64,000 bases of DNA from Candidatus Bathyarchaeota archaeon (GTDB lineage Archaea; Thermoproteota; Bathyarchaeia; Bathyarchaeales; DTEX01). The stretch covers positions 192,001 through 256,000 of the forward strand of contig CAVQNT010000002.1 in the NCBI GenBank assembly GCA_963714275.1, given 5' to 3'. The translations under genes were made by a program, and so were the position numbers. Of this stretch, positions 45,168-56,755 are shown in pieces (the stretch's first letter is position 1; each line of letters begins with the position of its first letter). A model generated the notes under the pieces. That model was not told where the DNA came from, ran no database searches, and worked only from the letters and a program-made list of their open reading frames with translations.

Positions 45168-47539
45168 AGAAAGAAAAATTTGTGTTATGGTTCGACGAAA
45201 TCGGAATAGAAGACGTCCCAACGGTTGGAGGAAAAAGCGCCAGCCTAGGCGAAATGACCCAGAGGACAGGAGTCCCCGTGCCCTTCGGGTTCGCAACGAC
45301 CGCTAAGGCATTCTTTTACTATCTAACATTCAACCAGATTGATAAAAAAATGCCCGAGATTCTAGAGGAAATCAAAGACCCCAACGACACCAAGACCCTT
45401 CAGAGCGTCGGCGCAAGATTACGGAAAATGATTGCCACAGCGGATATGCCTGCTGACCTTGAGAAAGAGATAGTTGACGCGTACGCAACCCTTGCCAAGA
45501 AGGTTGGCGAAAAAGCGCCTTTCGTGGCGGTTCGCAGCTCAGCCACGGCTGAGGACCTTCCTGACGCAAGTTTCGCTGGTCAACAGGAAACTTACTTGAA
45601 TGTTCACACCTCGAAAGAAGTTGTTGAAAAAGTCAAAGAATGTTATTCAAGCCTGTTCACGGACAGAGCAATTTTTTACAGGATTCAGAAAGGTTTCGAC
45701 CACATGTCCATTGCCCTAAGCGCCGCTATTCAGCTCATGGCTTACAGCAAATCCAGCGGAGTCATATTCACGTTGGACGTTTCAAATGGCGACCGAAGCG
45801 TGGTGTTAGTCGAAGCTGGCTACGGACTAGGCGAATTCGTTGTTCAAGGCACGATTACGCCAGATGAGTATCTTATAAGAAAATCGGACCTCAGCATCGT
45901 GAAGAAGAACGTTCCGAAAAAGACCGTTCAGCTCGTCCGGATCCCGTCTGGAGGAACAGAAAAACGTTCCGTGCCATCAAACCTTCAGGACAAACAGGTT
46001 ATGACTGATGAGCAAATCATCGAATTAGCCAAGTACGCAATCGCCATAGAGCAGCATTACAAGAAGCCCATGGACATCGAGTGGGCTCTCGACGAAAGGA
46101 CGAACAAGCTCGTCATCCTTCAAGCACGCCCAGAAACAGTGTGGGCAACAAAGAAAGAAGAAGCAAAGACTGAAGAAAAAGTTACCACAACAACCGAAAG
46201 AAAAATCCTCGTTCAGGGACTTCCAGCCTCTCCAGGAATGGCTGCAGGCAAAGTCCACATAATTCCGACCACTGACAGAATCAACGAGTTCAATAAAGGA
46301 GAAATTTTGGTCACAGAGATGACTGCGCCAGACTGGGTTCCAGCCATGCGTAAGTCAGCCGCTATAGTCACAAACTCGGGAGGCATGACCTGCCACGCTG
46401 CCATAGTTTCACGTGAGCTCGGAATCCCGTGCATCGTAGGCACAGCGTCGCGCGGAAAACCCGCAACCGAGTCCATAACGGACGGCATCATGGTTACAGT
46501 CGATGCGAAGCTCGGAGTAGTCTACGAGGGCATACTTGAAGAGGCAACCAAAAAGGAGGCTCCCGTCGCAGCCGCCGTCGCCGAGTCATACATAGTCACT
46601 GGCACAAAGGTTTACGTGAACCTTGGAGAGCCCGAAATCGCCGAGAAAGTTGCAGCCTTACCCGCTGACGGCATCGGCTTGTTAAGGCAGGAGTTCGTCT
46701 GGACAAGCGAAATCGGCGAACACCCGCTTTACCTCATCGAATCTGGGCATCCAGAAAAAGTTGTTAACGGACTTGCAGAGGCTTTCAGAAAAATCTGCGC
46801 CGCATTCAATCCGAGACCTGTTATTATGCGTTTCAGCGACTTCAAGTCTTCCGAGTACAGAGACCTGAAGGGCGGAGATAAGTACGAGCCTGTTGAGCCT
46901 TCAGCCTTGATGGGTTGGAGGGGAGCGTCACGCTACTACGATCCCAAGTACATCGAAGGCTTCAAGCTTGAAGTAAAAGCCGTCAAAAAAGTCCGAGAAG
47001 AATATGGACTCAAAAACCTTCATGTCATGATTCCGTTCTGCAGGCGGGTCGAAGAAATGGAGAAAATCAGTAAAATCCTCGAAGAAGAAGGCTTAGTTAG
47101 AAGTCTAGACTTCAAAGTTTGGCTTATGGCTGAAATCCCAAGCAACTGCCTCGTCGCCGACAAATTCAACAAATACGTAGATGGATACAGCATCGGAAGC
47201 AACGACTTAACTATGACGATTCTGGGGTGTGACCGCGACAACGAAACCGTGGCTCACCTCTTCGACGAACGCGACCTCGCTGTAAAACGGGCAATCCGAC
47301 TGCTCATTAAACTTGCCCACCGCGACGGAAAAACGGTCAGCATCTGCGGACAAGCCCCAAGCGTCTACCCAGAGTTCACCGAGTTCCTCATCAAAAGCGG
47401 AATTGACAGCGTCTCAGTAAGCCCAGACGTGGTCGCTTCAACCCGCAAGCTCGTCGCAATGGTTGAACAACGCCTAATACTCGACAAAACCACAGGAAAA
47501 GGACTGGCTGAAGACCAAGACCTCGACATTCCAGCCTAA
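45157..47539 (+). CDS. ppsA: Phosphoenolpyruvate synthase
   Basis: VGGKSASLGEM, RSSATAEDLPDASFAGQQET, GGMTCHAAI, SIGSNDL, CGQAPS; TTG start 45157 requires one indel, otherwise GTG 45182. Confidence 0.96.
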
Positions 47540-47792
47540 AAGTAGGCTTTTCTCTCCTTTTTCTATTTTGGGGAAAATAATTTAGTCAGCTAACCCGAAT
47601 GATACACAAATCAGACCAGTCTAAGGCTCAATAAATCAGAAAATGTTGATAGAAACAAGAAAAACCCATCGAAGCCATGAAACACAAGAGTCTTAGGCTT
47701 AAATCCTTGCACCTATCCAATATTAACATAAAAATAAGCATAATCCTGACAATGAACTGAAACTGTCAATGCCTTAACAGGAGAGTCACCTA

Positions 47793-49061
47793 TTGGGTTC
47801 AAAAATAAAGTCTGTTCATGCCCGACAAATCTTTTCTGACCGTGGACACCCAGGAATTGAAGCTACCGTCACAACTGAAGATGGCAAAACAGGAACAGCA
47901 ATTGCCACATCGGGAGTGTCAATCGGAAAATACGAAGTCCAGTTCATCTACGACGGGGGAGAACGCTGGGCTGGAATGGGAGTCCAAAAAGCTGTAGATA
48001 ACGTCAACGCCATCATTGCCCCCGCAATAAAGGGCATAGACGCCACAAGACAACGAGAAATCGACGAAACAATGCTTAAACTGGACGGAACACCGAACAA
48101 AACAAAACTCGGAGGAAACGCCACCGCAAGCGTCTCAGCCGCAGCCCTAAAAGCAGGAGCCGCAAGCCTAGAAATCCCCCTGTACCAGCACATAGGTGGA
48201 GTCAACGCCTGTATATTACCAGTCGTCGGAGTGGTATGCGTTGTCGGGAGCGACAGGTACGGCGGAGGAAAACGGTCAGGCGGAAAACCGAGCTACGCAT
48301 TCATGGCTTACGGGTTCAAAACCTTCTCCGAAGCCTCATACGCGTGCTGGGACATCGAAAGACGGTTCAGCCAACTTGTTAACAAAAAACTCAAGGTCAA
48401 AATTTCGTCAGTCATGACGATGCCATTGGTTCCTTCTGGAGTAGTGAACAGCGATCGAGACCTCTGGGACCTAATGACAGACGCAATAAACAATGCGGGA
48501 TACAAAAACAAAATCGGAATACAAGTCGACATCGCAGCGGGAACCTACTACGAAACCGAAAAAGACAGATTCGTAGGCTTGTTCTCAAAGGAAGACAAGA
48601 CCAAAGAAGACCTCATCGAGCTTTACAAGGAGATGGTGAAGGACTACCCGTTCGTCATCGTCGAGGACCCGCTTGACGAGGTCGACTACGAGGGACACGC
48701 CACTTTAACACGGGAACTTGACATAGAAGTAGTTGGAGATGATCTCTTCACGACAAACATCGAACGGCTCAAACGCGGAATCGAAGCCAAAGCATGCAAC
48801 GCTGTGCTGCTGAAGGTTAACCAAATAGGAACAATCACCGAAGCCTTCGATATGGTCCATCTCGCCTACAGACATGGCTATGGAGTCATGCCCTGCAGCA
48901 GCAGAGGAGAAGGCGCAGACATAGCGGACTACGTTGTCGGCTTAAAAACGGGGCACATGAGAGAAGGAGGAACAGGACAAACAGCAAACCGATTGCTCCA
49001 AATTGAGGAAGAGCTCGGAAGCAACGCAAAATTCATAGGAAAAGCAGGCTTAAAACCCTAA
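47793..49061 (+). CDS. Enolase-like protein with remodelled active site
   Basis: Enolase fold motifs (SDRGHP, LDGTPNK, EDP, VGDDL, LLKVNQIG) but no GGxH, QEF or GDEGG motifs; SSRGE for SHRSGE. Confidence 0.85.
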   Translation: MGSKIKSVHARQIFSDRGHPGIEATVTTEDGKTGTAIATSGVSIGKYEVQFIYDGGERWAGMGVQKAVDNVNAIIAPAIKGIDATRQREIDETMLKLDGTPNKTKLGGNATASVSAAALKAGAASLEIPLYQHIGGVNACILPVVGVVCVVGSDRYGGGKRSGGKPSYAFMAYGFKTFSEASYACWDIERRFSQLVNKKLKVKISSVMTMPLVPSGVVNSDRDLWDLMTDAINNAGYKNKIGIQVDIAAGTYYETEKDRFVGLFSKEDKTKEDLIELYKEMVKDYPFVIVEDPLDEVDYEGHATLTRELDIEVVGDDLFTTNIERLKRGIEAKACNAVLLKVNQIGTITEAFDMVHLAYRHGYGVMPCSSRGEGADIADYVVGLKTGHMREGGTGQTANRLLQIEEELGSNAKFIGKAGLKP

Positions 49062-49416
49062 AACCATAGATCTAAAGTATTCGTATAAAAATCTCAACTA
49101 GCTCAGCTAGATTGCACGCCGAGTTAACAAGAATCCGAAAGCGTCTCGCACGCAATCAAGCGGCTTCTCGAAAAAGGTCTCATAGTTGATTGTAAGGTTG
49201 TATGGTTTCAGTGGTTTACCAGCCAAATTATGACAACGAAAAAGTCCAAGCTTTATTGAACCTTCAAAAAACACTGAAAAAAATCAACCAATAACTCCTT
49301 TCTTCCTAAAAGATTAGTATGGTAAACACTAACTTAGAACACCATGCAAACACATTTTCACCCTACTAAAGGGATATTAGGTCGAAGGCATCAAGTAGGC
49401 TTGGGATGAGCAGAAA

Positions 49417-50499
49417 ATGGCAGATACAATTCTCGTCTACGTTGGCACATACACGTTCCGTAAAAGCGAAGGAATCTACGTGTTCCAGCTGGACCCGTCC
49501 ACAGGCGCCTTGAAACCCTCCAGCAAGGCTACGGGAATACAGAACCCGTCTTTTTTGGCGATTGAACCGCAACAAAAGTACCTTTACGCAGTCAACGAGA
49601 CCGCGGACTTCGAGGGCAAACCCTCAGGTGCAGTAAGCGCCTTCTCTATTGACCAGGAAACGGGCGAACTGTCACTGCTTAACAGCAAACCCTCTCTTGG
49701 ATTACACCCATGTTATGTCTGTGTGGACAAAACAGGCAAATTTGTGCTCGTGGCAAACTACTCAAGCGGAAACGTTTCCGTGTTGCCCGTAAAAAGGGAC
49801 GGAAGCCTAGGCGACGCAGCTGACTTTGTTCAGCATCACGGTTCAGGCGTTGACCTGAAACGGCAGGAAGGACCCCACGCGCATTCCGTAACCTTGGATG
49901 AAGCCAACAAATACGCGTTCGTGGCGGACCTTGGGCTAGACAAAATCATGGTTTACAGGTTCGATTCAAACCTAGGAAAACTGACACCAAACGACGAACC
50001 GTGGACAAAAATCCATTCTGGCGCTGGTCCGCGCCACTTCGCCTTCCACCCAAACGGCAAATACGCTTACTTAATTAACGAGCTGGACTCCACGATAACA
50101 GCGTTCAACTATGACGTAGAACACGGCACACTGAAGGAGATGCAGACAGTTCCCGCGCTTCCTAAAGATTTTAAAGGCACAAGCCACTGCGCAGACATAC
50201 ACATCGCCCCGTCTGGAAAGTTTCTATACGGGTCAAACCGCGGTCACAACAGCATCGTCATATACGCTATAGATGAAACCACAGGCAAACTTGCTTACGT
50301 AGGTCATGAGCCGACGCAGGGCAAAACGCCACGAAACTTTGCCATTGACCTTGCGGGCAATCTTCTGTTAGCTGCAAACCAAGACACTGACACCATCGTG
50401 CCCTTAAAGATAAACCAGCAAACGGGGCAATTAGCAGCAACAGGAAAAGTAACCAAAGTACCGATACCTGTATGCTTGAAAATGATGCGTATCTCCTAG
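49417..50499 (+). CDS. 6-phosphogluconolactonase-like beta-propeller lactonase (Pgl/YbhE family)
   Basis: VGTYT, NPSF, ANY, PHAH, DLGLD, GPRH, SNRGH, PRNF. Confidence 0.92.
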   Translation: MADTILVYVGTYTFRKSEGIYVFQLDPSTGALKPSSKATGIQNPSFLAIEPQQKYLYAVNETADFEGKPSGAVSAFSIDQETGELSLLNSKPSLGLHPCYVCVDKTGKFVLVANYSSGNVSVLPVKRDGSLGDAADFVQHHGSGVDLKRQEGPHAHSVTLDEANKYAFVADLGLDKIMVYRFDSNLGKLTPNDEPWTKIHSGAGPRHFAFHPNGKYAYLINELDSTITAFNYDVEHGTLKEMQTVPALPKDFKGTSHCADIHIAPSGKFLYGSNRGHNSIVIYAIDETTGKLAYVGHEPTQGKTPRNFAIDLAGNLLLAANQDTDTIVPLKINQQTGQLAATGKVTKVPIPVCLKMMRIS

Positions 50500-50530
50500 T
50501 ACGAAAAGCTAATCAAAATTTTTCGTCAAC

Positions 50531-50540
50531 GCACTGATTA
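50531..50540 (+). repeat. Putative attL core GCACTGATTA
   Basis: Identical to 63501-63510; 57 bp before the integrase ORF. Confidence 0.75.
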
Positions 50541-50597
50541 TTTCTATAATAACTGAGTTTACTATGTATTTATATATTCGATCATCCTAAGTATTGT

Positions 50598-51833
50598 GTG
50601 AGAAATATGGCACAAAGACAAAGGCTTCAGTATTTGGAAGAAATAGCACCCTCCACTAAACGTTCATACCAACTTGGCTTAAGAAGCTTCTTTAAAGTTG
50701 TGTATGATATAGTGGAAAAGGACGATGAAAAAGTTGATATAGACTTAAACAAATTTTCCGATAAATATTTTGAAGATAAGAGGAATGTTGAAGAGGACAT
50801 TGGAAAATTCTTAATAGCACTGAAGGAACGCCCACCAAAAAGCCAAAGATTGTTCATGTCAATCATTAGAACCTTCTTTGTTGAAAATGATGTTGAGTTA
50901 CCCGACAAATATTGGAGAAGGGCAAGTAAAAGGATACATGGGAATGGCGCAAGGACGGATGATAAAGTACCAACGAATGAGGAACTCAAAAGACTTATTA
51001 TGAACATGCCCCTCAATGGGAAGGCACTATTTTTGACACTAGCATCAAGTGGCATAAGGATTGGTGAGGCATTAAGTCTGGAAATGGATGACATTTATCT
51101 CAATGAGGTACCTGCGAGGATACACATTAGGGGAGAGAACTCTAAAAATGGGAATGGAAGAACAACATTCGTTTCAAGTGAGGCAAAGGAATTACTTGAG
51201 GAATATCTACAGAATAGGGACAGATATTTGGACATAGCCTCCAAACGTAGTAGATTTGGTAAAAATAAAGAGGACAAAAGACTCTTTCCATTTGAGCAAA
51301 CAACGGCACAAGTCTTATGGACAGGCGCAATTGACAAATCCAATCTTAATGGACGTGACAAAGGCACAAATCGGCACGTATTCCATCCACATGTACTGAG
51401 GAAATTCTTTAGGTCAAAAATGTCCCAAATGGTTCAAGTTGACATAGTTGAAGCACTAATGGGTCACGCTGGATACTTGACCAGTGAGTACCGAAAATAT
51501 TCAGATGAGGACTTGGCAAAGGCATACACTTTTGGTGAATCCACTGTAATGGTTTTTGGGAACGTAGAGAAGGTCACTGAACTACAGCAAACGGTAGAGA
51601 CAACAAAGAATCAGCTCCAAAACTTAGTCAATGGTTTAGTCACTGAGAATTTGGCACTTAAACAAAGAGTCAATCAAATCGAAGAGGGCTGGAAAAAGCA
51701 AGAGTTCCTTTACAACAAACTGGAAAAAATAATCGGTGAAAAGGAAGCAGAGATGGAAGTTTTTAGAGCCTTCTTAGCAGAGGACAAAAAGAGGAAGGAG
51801 CTAAGAGGAAGAACGACAGAAGAATGCTCTTGA
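50598..51833 (+). CDS. Tyrosine recombinase/integrase (intact R-K-H-R-H-Y) with C-terminal coiled coil
   Basis: SSGIRIGE, NSKNG, HPHVLRK, LMGH, EY. Confidence 0.93.
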   Translation: MRNMAQRQRLQYLEEIAPSTKRSYQLGLRSFFKVVYDIVEKDDEKVDIDLNKFSDKYFEDKRNVEEDIGKFLIALKERPPKSQRLFMSIIRTFFVENDVELPDKYWRRASKRIHGNGARTDDKVPTNEELKRLIMNMPLNGKALFLTLASSGIRIGEALSLEMDDIYLNEVPARIHIRGENSKNGNGRTTFVSSEAKELLEEYLQNRDRYLDIASKRSRFGKNKEDKRLFPFEQTTAQVLWTGAIDKSNLNGRDKGTNRHVFHPHVLRKFFRSKMSQMVQVDIVEALMGHAGYLTSEYRKYSDEDLAKAYTFGESTVMVFGNVEKVTELQQTVETTKNQLQNLVNGLVTENLALKQRVNQIEEGWKKQEFLYNKLEKIIGEKEAEMEVFRAFLAEDKKRKELRGRTTEECS

Positions 51834-51949
51834 AGCTACAAAAGATGATTAATAGTATCTGCTTTAGTATCGTAAACCAGTATGTATCAAAGTTTTCGAA
51901 TCAGCAGAGTTTGAGCTGTAAATAGAGCTGTAAATATTGAGGTTTTGAG

Positions 51950-52441
51950 ATGTTTAAAACAAAGGAAATCGATGGAGTAATTGTTTTTTATATAGAGACT
52001 CCATGTTCGGAGACGGTTTGTCCACACTGTAAAGGTGGAAAGTTACGTTTGTATGGAAGCAGAATTCTCCACTGTTCTTTATGTGGGAGTATTTATCAAA
52101 AGTCTTCATCGGATGCTTTGATAAGATTGAATGTTAATCCTGCAAGCAATCTTTCAGAATACCCCGAGGTAATACTCTACTTCGATTTCCGCTACTGTGA
52201 TTGTAGTGTGCAAGCCTACATAGAGACAGGTATGTTAAATGGTGGCGTCTTTGGCTCAAGATATTGTCCTAAACACAATGTCATTATAATAGAAGGTTTC
52301 TGGGAACCAGATGAACTTGCGTCAATTGCCCAGATAACAATTGAGATAATAAACCATGAGACGCTCCACTGGATATTGTGCAGAGACTTTGACGAATCGA
52401 CTTCTTTGTGGTTTGACGAGGTTAAGGAAGTTCCGCTTTAA
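51950..52441 (+). CDS. Zinc-ribbon plus HExxH (zincin-like) protein
   Basis: CPHC...CSLC; IINHETLHWIL. Confidence 0.6.
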   Translation: MFKTKEIDGVIVFYIETPCSETVCPHCKGGKLRLYGSRILHCSLCGSIYQKSSSDALIRLNVNPASNLSEYPEVILYFDFRYCDCSVQAYIETGMLNGGVFGSRYCPKHNVIIIEGFWEPDELASIAQITIEIINHETLHWILCRDFDESTSLWFDEVKEVPL

Positions 52442-52866
52442 GGAGCAAGCGCGCGCTAGACATTATGTTGAGACTATGGCGGTTATGGCTCAGTACAACC
52501 CCTTCTTTGAGAAAGCAGGGATGAAGAGAATCGCTGAAAGGAAACCTGATAAATCGATCATTCAGGCAATAAAAAGCCTTGAGGGATCTTGGTTTCATGT
52601 CTTACCTTTTAAGCAGTCAACAAGCGAACATCAATAAGCTCGAGACACTGAATGAAGTTGAGCTTCGAAAGGTCCACGAGATTTTGTTGAAAATCAGTAC
52701 TGCGTATTATAAGAGATTACGGTCTACAAGTGATATTTTTCTCAAAAAAGAAGAGTTTAGAAAATGGCTACAAACAGCCCCAAATGACACTCTTGCCAAG
52801 GTCCTCACAAGACTAGCAGTCCTCGCAGAGACAAAAATCTACCTATTCTGTGAGAAAAAAACTTAG
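52441..52866 (+). pseudogene. C-terminal fragment of ABC-ATPase/GNAT fusion family (COG2401-like)
   Basis: VETMAVMAQYNPFFEKAGM motif with no upstream GNAT body; one frameshift. Confidence 0.6.
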
Positions 52867-53071
52867 ATATAAATCAAAAAGGATGTAGTGAAACTATAAA
52901 AAAGTAGCATTTTACAGAACATGATTTTTAATAATGCCATTACTGCTAATCCAAGGTTCTGTAAACTCTTTGTTTGGTTATTTCCCTTGTAAACTTTCAT
53001 TTGGTAACTAACAACGAGCCCATGTAATAATCGGTTGAAAATTCTGGACACAGTTCGATTGATGAAATTGA

Positions 53072-53677
53072 TTAACCTGCGAAATAGAAGAATAAGTGGT
53101 AGATAGTTATATCTTCATTTCCAATTCTAGTGTGAACTGATAGGGTACAATTATTGATCTCTGTAACATCTTGGATTTTTTTACAAGATGTCTTGAGTAT
53201 TCCTTGCCTTACGTTTTCGATTATACTCCGAAAATCACCGTTTTGAATGTAACCTAACATTCCTGCGTGCTTATCACGTCTTGAATACTTTCCTGAGAGG
53301 ATTCTGCCAATACCATCATCATTGCTCAAATATTCTGATGTTGACCACTTCTGTTTTGCGTATATTCGTTTGGCCTCAATGTGCAAAAATAATCTGTGAC
53401 CTAAATTGAATTTTATGTCTGGTTCATACTTTTCATCGATGGCAACTTGCTCTTTAGGTCTTAATATGATGTCTATAGACCTTCTCTGATATAATGCTGA
53501 GATGGAAGTTTGGGTTTTCAAATACCAGACCAATTGTTCGGTTATGGCGTTCTCTTCATAGTTAACTGCATTATCATCCTTTTTCACTATCTCATATGAT
53601 TCAGCCAGGGGTTTCAATACTAAATCAAGAATTGCTCCCTCTGTGTCAAATTTATACATCCAGCTTGGCAGAGGCAT
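53072..53677 (-). CDS. PD-(D/E)XK-type nuclease-like protein downstream of the MTase
   Basis: EENAIT, PDIKF, IEAKR, DGIGR..GKY, GMLGYI. Confidence 0.7.
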   Translation of the reverse strand: MPLPSWMYKFDTEGAILDLVLKPLAESYEIVKKDDNAVNYEENAITEQLVWYLKTQTSISALYQRRSIDIILRPKEQVAIDEKYEPDIKFNLGHRLFLHIEAKRIYAKQKWSTSEYLSNDDGIGRILSGKYSRRDKHAGMLGYIQNGDFRSIIENVRQGILKTSCKKIQDVTEINNCTLSVHTRIGNEDITIYHLFFYFAG

Positions 53678-53686
53678 ACCTCTACT

Positions 53687-56533
53687 TCACACCTTCTGAA
53701 GAAAGAGACCAATTTCTTCATTTGCGTCTTTAATAGCCATAAACCGAGTCCAGTCTTTTGGTCTATTGCTCTTGTAAATATATAGTCTCTCAGCATCATA
53801 GAATGTATTTTTCTCTTCTTTGAAGATTTTCGTTCTGTCATATGTTCTGACTTGGTTTTGTTCTATTATGCGTATGAACGGTTTCAGCCTTTCATCGCTC
53901 AAGACGATTTTGAACTTAGTTTTAGAAATCGTGAACTCAACCATTGTTCCAAAAAAATCAGAAACGTAAAATGCTGCATTGATGTGAAGCTCATCTTTTA
54001 AAAACGGATGAAAAGTCTCGCTGAACTCTTTACAATACTCGGAAATTTCATCATCCGTAACAATACCCTCACGTTTATCTTCAGTTTTCTCATAATGGTT
54101 AATTTGCTGCATAGCATAGTAGTCAAGACCATAAAGCTTGCATACCAAACTATCTATTTCGCCATGCAAGCCTTTGAAATCAAACGATTTAGAGTCTATA
54201 ACCCTCACTTTGTCAACTATAGCTTTGACGATTTCAGTTTTATTTTCCAAATCAGGAATAGGAAAGGATTTCAAGTGCTTTAGATTCACTTTGGGATAGT
54301 TGCCTTCTTTTCTTTGCCTGTGTTTTACGCCAAGGTAAAAACGAGCTAGTTTTGAGTTTAATATAGCCTCAAAAAGGACAAGATACTCCTTTGGATAGTC
54401 TGGTCTCAGTTTAAAAATACAAAACCTTCCATCATACAGTGTAATGTTGTGATCAAGAAAGGCTTTGATTGGCCAGCTTCGTGTCATCACCAGCTTTTCA
54501 CCCTTGAATAAATCAAGGTTTCTTGGCCTATCCAAATGCGAACCGTATTGCAAATAAGCATCTTTTTCCTTACCAAAGTAAGGTTGTACATTATTGAGAG
54601 AATCAATTATAGGCCAATGGGCAGGACTGATTTGTAATGAACTCCTATACTTCTCATTGAATTGCCGTTCTGAGAGCCCTTTGCGACTTGACCACTCCAT
54701 TAGACCCACTTCAAATCTCTGCTTGAAATGGTTAAGATTGTGAGTGCTACTGTCAATGAAGTCTATCAGGTCAACGTAGGCATCATACCCCAATGAATAA
54801 ATGTGCCAAAGATTGTCTTCTTTCTTCAATTTTTCAATGGAGAGTCTTGACTTATTATCATCATTTATGATTTTAGTCAGATTGGAAAAGGGAGTCAAAT
54901 CAGGTATGATAAACTCCACTTCATCATTAGGCATACGATCAAAGATTACTATGCAGGCAGGTTCACTTTGGGATCCAAAAGTAACGTCTTTTATCCGTGA
55001 TAGGCTTACAAAGACTCTCAAAGAATTTGCACTTGTAAACATGTCTCGAAATCTCCTCGATTCTGAATTTATGAAGTTTGACAGATTCACAACCATTCCG
55101 CATATCGTTTCTTTTTTGGTCCATTTCTGCAGGCTTAGCAAGAAACATTGTGAACTTTGAAACTTCGAAACACTAGGCCAGCACCTCTTTATACGTAGCT
55201 TATCTTTTTCTGAGAAGTCATAACCCCAAGGTGGGTTTCCTAATATGAAGTCGAATTGTTTGCCCTTAAAAATGTCATCGAAGAGAGAATCTCCACAGAC
55301 AAGATTCCCATTCTTCTTCAGACCTGGAAACATAAAATGCTCTTCGCTGTTGCTGAAAAGTTTCTCGTTAATGTCTTCTGGTGTTTCATCCTCGATTATT
55401 TTCAAATAAAGACTTAGAGCAGCAATCCTCAACGCATCGTTGTTCTTGTCAATTCCATAAAGGTAATTTTGTACCATCTTGGCTTTTTCTTCCAAGGTTA
55501 GCTTTGTTTGTTTTTGCTCTTGCTTAATTCCTATAAGGTATTCAAAAAACTTGACAAGGAAAACTCCTGATCCGCAAGCAGGGTCTAATGCACTCAAGTA
55601 TTCATTCTCTAGGATAGCAGTGACCCTCTTCTCTTCTAGCATTTTGCTTATGGTATAATCAACAACGTTTTCGGGGGTGAAAACGATTCCTTCGCTTTTC
55701 CTTCTCTTTTCTGCGAGGAATGTTTCATAGATATTGCTGATCAATATTATAGGGATTTTTTTGAAGTTGTATGGGATTAAGGTGGTTTGGAGATTTTGAG
55801 GGTATGTATAGACTTTTCCAAAAACAAAATCTAACTCCCTCATTATTTTGGCATTAATATCTTTAGGTATATCTCCTTTTTCAAAGATGTCCCCATTTAG
55901 GCTGTCAGTATAAAAGTCAAATAGTTGAATCAAGTCTTCGATTTTCTTATGCGGGTTACTAAGTGTCTCTTTGAGACTATCTCGACCTGCTCTATCTTCA
56001 AGGAATCTAATGAACAGGCATCTATCCATTATTTTTTGAGTGAATCTTTCTTGTCATTCCTTTCACTTAGTAATTGAATTATTCTGTTTCTGCGAATCTT
56101 TTAGGTTTTCCAGCAGGTCTTTATCTACTGTTTTGCGTGTTCTTGTTTTTAGAAGGTCTCTTATTTCCTTCAGACATTGTCCTGTGTCGATGTTTTCTTT
56201 TTTAAACAGATCCATGTATCGTTGTGCTTTGGGAGAATTGTCTCCATATGTGAAAGAAACTATTGATGCATTTTCGATTGGTCTTCTACTGTCAGGTTTT
56301 GTCTTTGAGTCGCAAACATGAAAGGTGTCTTCTCCAATTAATGCAATGAAAAATTCGGTTCTGTTCTCACACCACGTGTCGGTATGCATTTCAAAGAATT
56401 TCATGAGATTGGCATCGCATAGAGAAATGAAGTCTATAGAACCTAACTCATAGGTATACCTAAACCGATTGTCTTCTATTCTTTTGGCAGCATTATCCAA
56501 ATTCGAATCTTTTAGAAATTGCTCAAGCAGCAC
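53687..56533 (-). CDS. Large N6-adenine DNA methyltransferase with TRD (Eco57I/type IIG-like; frameshift near 56050)
   Basis: RCLFIRFLEDR, SNIYE, FTPENVV, DPACGSGVFL, GNPPW, LNSKL..FY (TaqI_C-like). Confidence 0.88.
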
Positions 56534-56755
56534 TCATTTGCTACCTTCTGTCTCTTTCTTCTTGAGCCTCGTCTCTTCTTTGATTGTTTCTTCCTTTTCA
56601 GCGATCAAACGTCCGTTCGTGACCTTAAGTGCTAATTCTTGCTCCCCTTTCCATCCGAGTCTGTTTATTGCATCGTCTGGAATCACGATTACATGCTTGT
56701 AATGTTTTTTGTCCTTATACTTATAAGCCAACTGGTTCTGCAATTTGGCTTTCAT
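56534..56755 (-). CDS. AbrB/MazE-like DNA-binding protein
   Basis: VIVIPDDAINRLGWKGEQEL pattern. Confidence 0.7.
   Translation of the reverse strand: MKAKLQNQLAYKYKDKKHYKHVIVIPDDAINRLGWKGEQELALKVTNGRLIAEKEETIKEETRLKKKETEGSK

Noticed and set aside
49090-49260. Possible winged-helix gene remnant (SVSHAIKRLLEKGLIVD)
   Set aside because: No start codon or continuous frame; too short to support as a feature.
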